From Isosphaeraceae bacterium (GTDB lineage: Bacteria > Planctomycetota > Planctomycetia > Isosphaerales > Isosphaeraceae): a stretch of DNA of 20,000 nucleotides. Location: contig CBDAVP010000013.1 of NCBI GenBank assembly GCA_965201075.1, positions 45,730 to 65,729 of the forward strand, in the 5' to 3' direction. The notes below the pieces were generated by a model that saw nothing but the letters and a program-made list of their open reading frames with translations, did not search any database and was not told the origin of the DNA. Below, in pieces: positions 17,831-20,000 of the stretch. Position numbers and translations under genes: made by a program. Position 1 is the first letter of the stretch; every line of letters begins with the position of its first letter.

Positions 17831-20000
17831 GTGCTTCCTGCAGCGATAAGCTTGGTCGCCGGGCACGGGCGCGCCGCGGTGTTCACTGAGGATGGTGAGC
17901 TCCTGGCCGTATCCGGTCCGGAAGCCGCCCGCCTGCTCGCGGCGTCCGGCCCGCCATTGCTGGTGCACGCCCCATCGACATTCGCGCGGTTAGGGTTGCG
18001 GCGCCAGCCGGCGTTGGATCTGCTGGAGCTGTTCGCGTTCGTGCTGCCGGCCCGTCCGGTGCCGCCCACGCCGCGCGGCATCGCCTTGGCCTTGGATCAG
18101 GATCCCCCGAACACGGCGGAACAGGCTGCCGCTGCCCTGCCCGACCTGGCTGCCGAGATATTGCGTCGCCTGGCAGCCGGGCGCGAGCTGGCGTTGAACC
18201 GCGGCGCGGCCGGCCTGGCAGCGCGCATGGGCAGCGCCGGTTGGGCCTGGGCCCCAAGCGTGCTCAAGGCCCTGGACGCACCAGGGGCCAAGCCATCGGC
18301 CGAGGCGCTGCGTGTCTGGCGCAGGCTGCCCGAATGGGAAGAACAAGCGCCGCCACCGCCGGCCACCTCGCTTCCCGTCGGACCGGCGGAAGCGCGGCGA
18401 CGCTTGTCCGAAATGCTGGGACCGCAGGCCGAGCAGCGTCCGGGCCAGGCCGATTACGCGGACGCTGCCACCGCCGCCTTTGCCCCGCGGGAGGAGCGGG
18501 GCGCGCCGGCCGTTGTCCTGGCGGAGGCTGGGACGGGCACGGGCAAGACCCTGGGCTACGTCGCGCCGGCAACGGTGTGGGCCGAGCGGAATGGCGCGCC
18601 CGTCTGGATCAGCACCTATACGCGCCACCTGCAACGCCAGGTGGAAGCCGAACTCGCCCGCTTGTTCCCGGACCCAGCCCTGCGCCGCAGCAAGGTTGTG
18701 GTGCGCAAAGGGCGTGAGAACTACCTGTGCCTGCTCAACATGGAGGAGCAGGTGGCGACGGTGCTGTCCGGCGCGGCAAGCGCGGCCGTCGTGCCGTTAG
18801 CGCTGGTGGCACGATGGGCGCTGGCCACGTCCGACGGCGACATCACGGGGGGCGACCTGCCCGGTTGGTTCCCCGAACTGTTCGGGCCGGCCGCAACGCT
18901 GGGCCTGGCCGACCGCCGCGGCGAGTGCATACACGGCGCCTGCCCGCACTACCGCACCTGTTTCGTGGAACACACGATACGCCGGGCCCGCGGGGCGGAA
19001 CTTGTCGTCGCGAACCACGCGCTGGTGATGGCGCAGGCGGCCTGGGGCGGGCTGGACGACGACAGCGTTCCCGTCCGCTACGTCTTCGACGAGGGGCATC
19101 ACCTGTTCGGCGCCGCCGACTCTGCCTTCTCCGCTGTGTTGTCGGGGATGGAGGCCGCGGAACTCCGCCGCTGGCTGCTAGGGGCAGAAGGCGGCCGGTC
19201 CCGCGCCCGCGGCCTGCAACGGCGCCTGGAAGACCTGGTTGCCGGCCGGACGGAGCTACAAGCGCCGCTTGACGCCAGCTTGCTCGCGGCCCGTGGCTTG
19301 CCAGGCCCTGGCTGGACGGCCCGCCTGGCCGATACGGCTTCCCTCGATCACTCCGCCGCGGAGCCAGGCCTGGTCAACCCATCGGAAGCGTTCTTGCGCC
19401 AACTCCGCCGCCAGGTATTCGCCCGTGTCACCGGCGACGCCACAGCGCCGGCCCGCATGGGCCTGGAATGCGACCTGCACCCGCAGATTCCCGGCCTGGC
19501 CGAAACGGCGTCCAAGCTGGAACGTGCCTTGGCCCGTATCGTCGAGCCGTTGCAGACGCTGGATCAGCGGCTCGGCGCATTGCTGGATGACGACGCCGAC
19601 GAGCTGGACAGCGCGCGACGGGCGCGCATCGAGGCGGCGCAGCGTTCATTGCGTCGGCGGGCCATCAACCGGCTGCTCGCGTGGCGATCCATGCTGGACG
19701 CGGTCCAGATGCCCCCACCCGAACCCGGTACACGGCCGGAGTACGTGAGCTACCTGGCTGTCGAGCGTGGCGAGGCCGGCCCGCGTGGGCCGGATGGCAC
19801 GGAGCGCGATGTAGGCCTGCACCGGCACGTCCTGGATCCCACCGTGCCGTTCGCGGGCGTGCTGGCCGCACCCGCGCACGGCTTGCTCGTCACCTCCGCG
19901 ACATTGCGCGACACCGGCCAGGCCGAGGCGGAGTTGGCCTGGGCGGAAGCCGAGGCGCGGGTCGGCGTCAGCCACTTGCCGCGCCCCGCGCTGCGCGTCA
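17831..20000 (+). CDS. dinG: ATP-dependent DNA helicase, DinG/YoaA family (Fe-S), 3'-partial
   Basis: Missing from the ORF track because it has no stop in the window. GTG 17831 after GGAGGTGA; one frame carries the Q motif RPGQ, Walker [10 protein letters not shown] (~18524), [47 protein letters not shown] (~19082) and LVTSATL (~19886). Confidence 0.93.
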   Translation, partial: MLPAAISLVAGHGRAAVFTEDGELLAVSGPEAARLLAASGPPLLVHAPSTFARLGLRRQPALDLLELFAFVLPARPVPPTPRGIALALDQDPPNTAEQAAAALPDLAAEILRRLAAGRELALNRGAAGLAARMGSAGWAWAPSVLKALDAPGAKPSAEALRVWRRLPEWEEQAPPPPATSLPVGPAEARRRLSEMLGPQAEQRPGQADYADAATAAFAPREERGAPAVVLAEAGTGTGKTLGYVAPATVWAERNGAPVWISTYTRHLQRQVEAELARLFPDPALRRSKVVVRKGRENYLCLLNMEEQVATVLSGAASAAVVPLALVARWALATSDGDITGGDLPGWFPELFGPAATLGLADRRGECIHGACPHYRTCFVEHTIRRARGAELVVANHALVMAQAAWGGLDDDSVPVRYVFDEGHHLFGAADSAFSAVLSGMEAAELRRWLLGAEGGRSRARGLQRRLEDLVAGRTELQAPLDASLLAARGLPGPGWTARLADTASLDHSAAEPGLVNPSEAFLRQLRRQVFARVTGDATAPARMGLECDLHPQIPGLAETASKLERALARIVEPLQTLDQRLGALLDDDADELDSARRARIEAAQRSLRRRAINRLLAWRSMLDAVQMPPPEPGTRPEYVSYLAVERGEAGPRGPDGTERDVGLHRHVLDPTVPFAGVLAAPAHGLLVTSATLRDTGQAEAELAWAEAEARVGVSHLPRPALRV

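Noticed and set aside
14739..17849. 476-aa and 420-aa plus-strand ORFs
   Set aside because: Antisense shadows of the MprF-like gene and lysS.
17883..19975. Multiple short ORFs listed over the right end
   Set aside because: All overlap the single open DinG frame starting at 17831.

Overview
High-GC bacterial window that appears to be two unrelated genomic segments joined at about 7030. Left segment (1-~7030, Planctomycetota-like): a DUF1549/DUF1553 plus DUF1501 gene pair, a triply disrupted PD-(D/E)xK-like pseudogene, a Bcr/CflA MFS efflux pump, two small hypothetical genes and the 3' half of a GT4 glycosyltransferase. Right segment (~7030-20000, Alphaproteobacteria-like, probably Acetobacteraceae): a minus-strand run of class I lysyl-tRNA synthetase, an MprF-like protein with a truncated synthase domain, glgX, an apparently circularly permuted ROK kinase, a HisD/HpsN-like dehydrogenase plus SDR, a frameshifted SDR and the 5' half of an M48/YgjP peptidase, with a divergent DinG-family helicase running off the right end. 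No RNA genes, CRISPR arrays or mobile elements were recognised. The most notable items are the mid-gene junction, the permuted ROK protein and the LysRS-coupled half-MprF. All family and taxonomic calls come from motif recognition by eye, not database searches.
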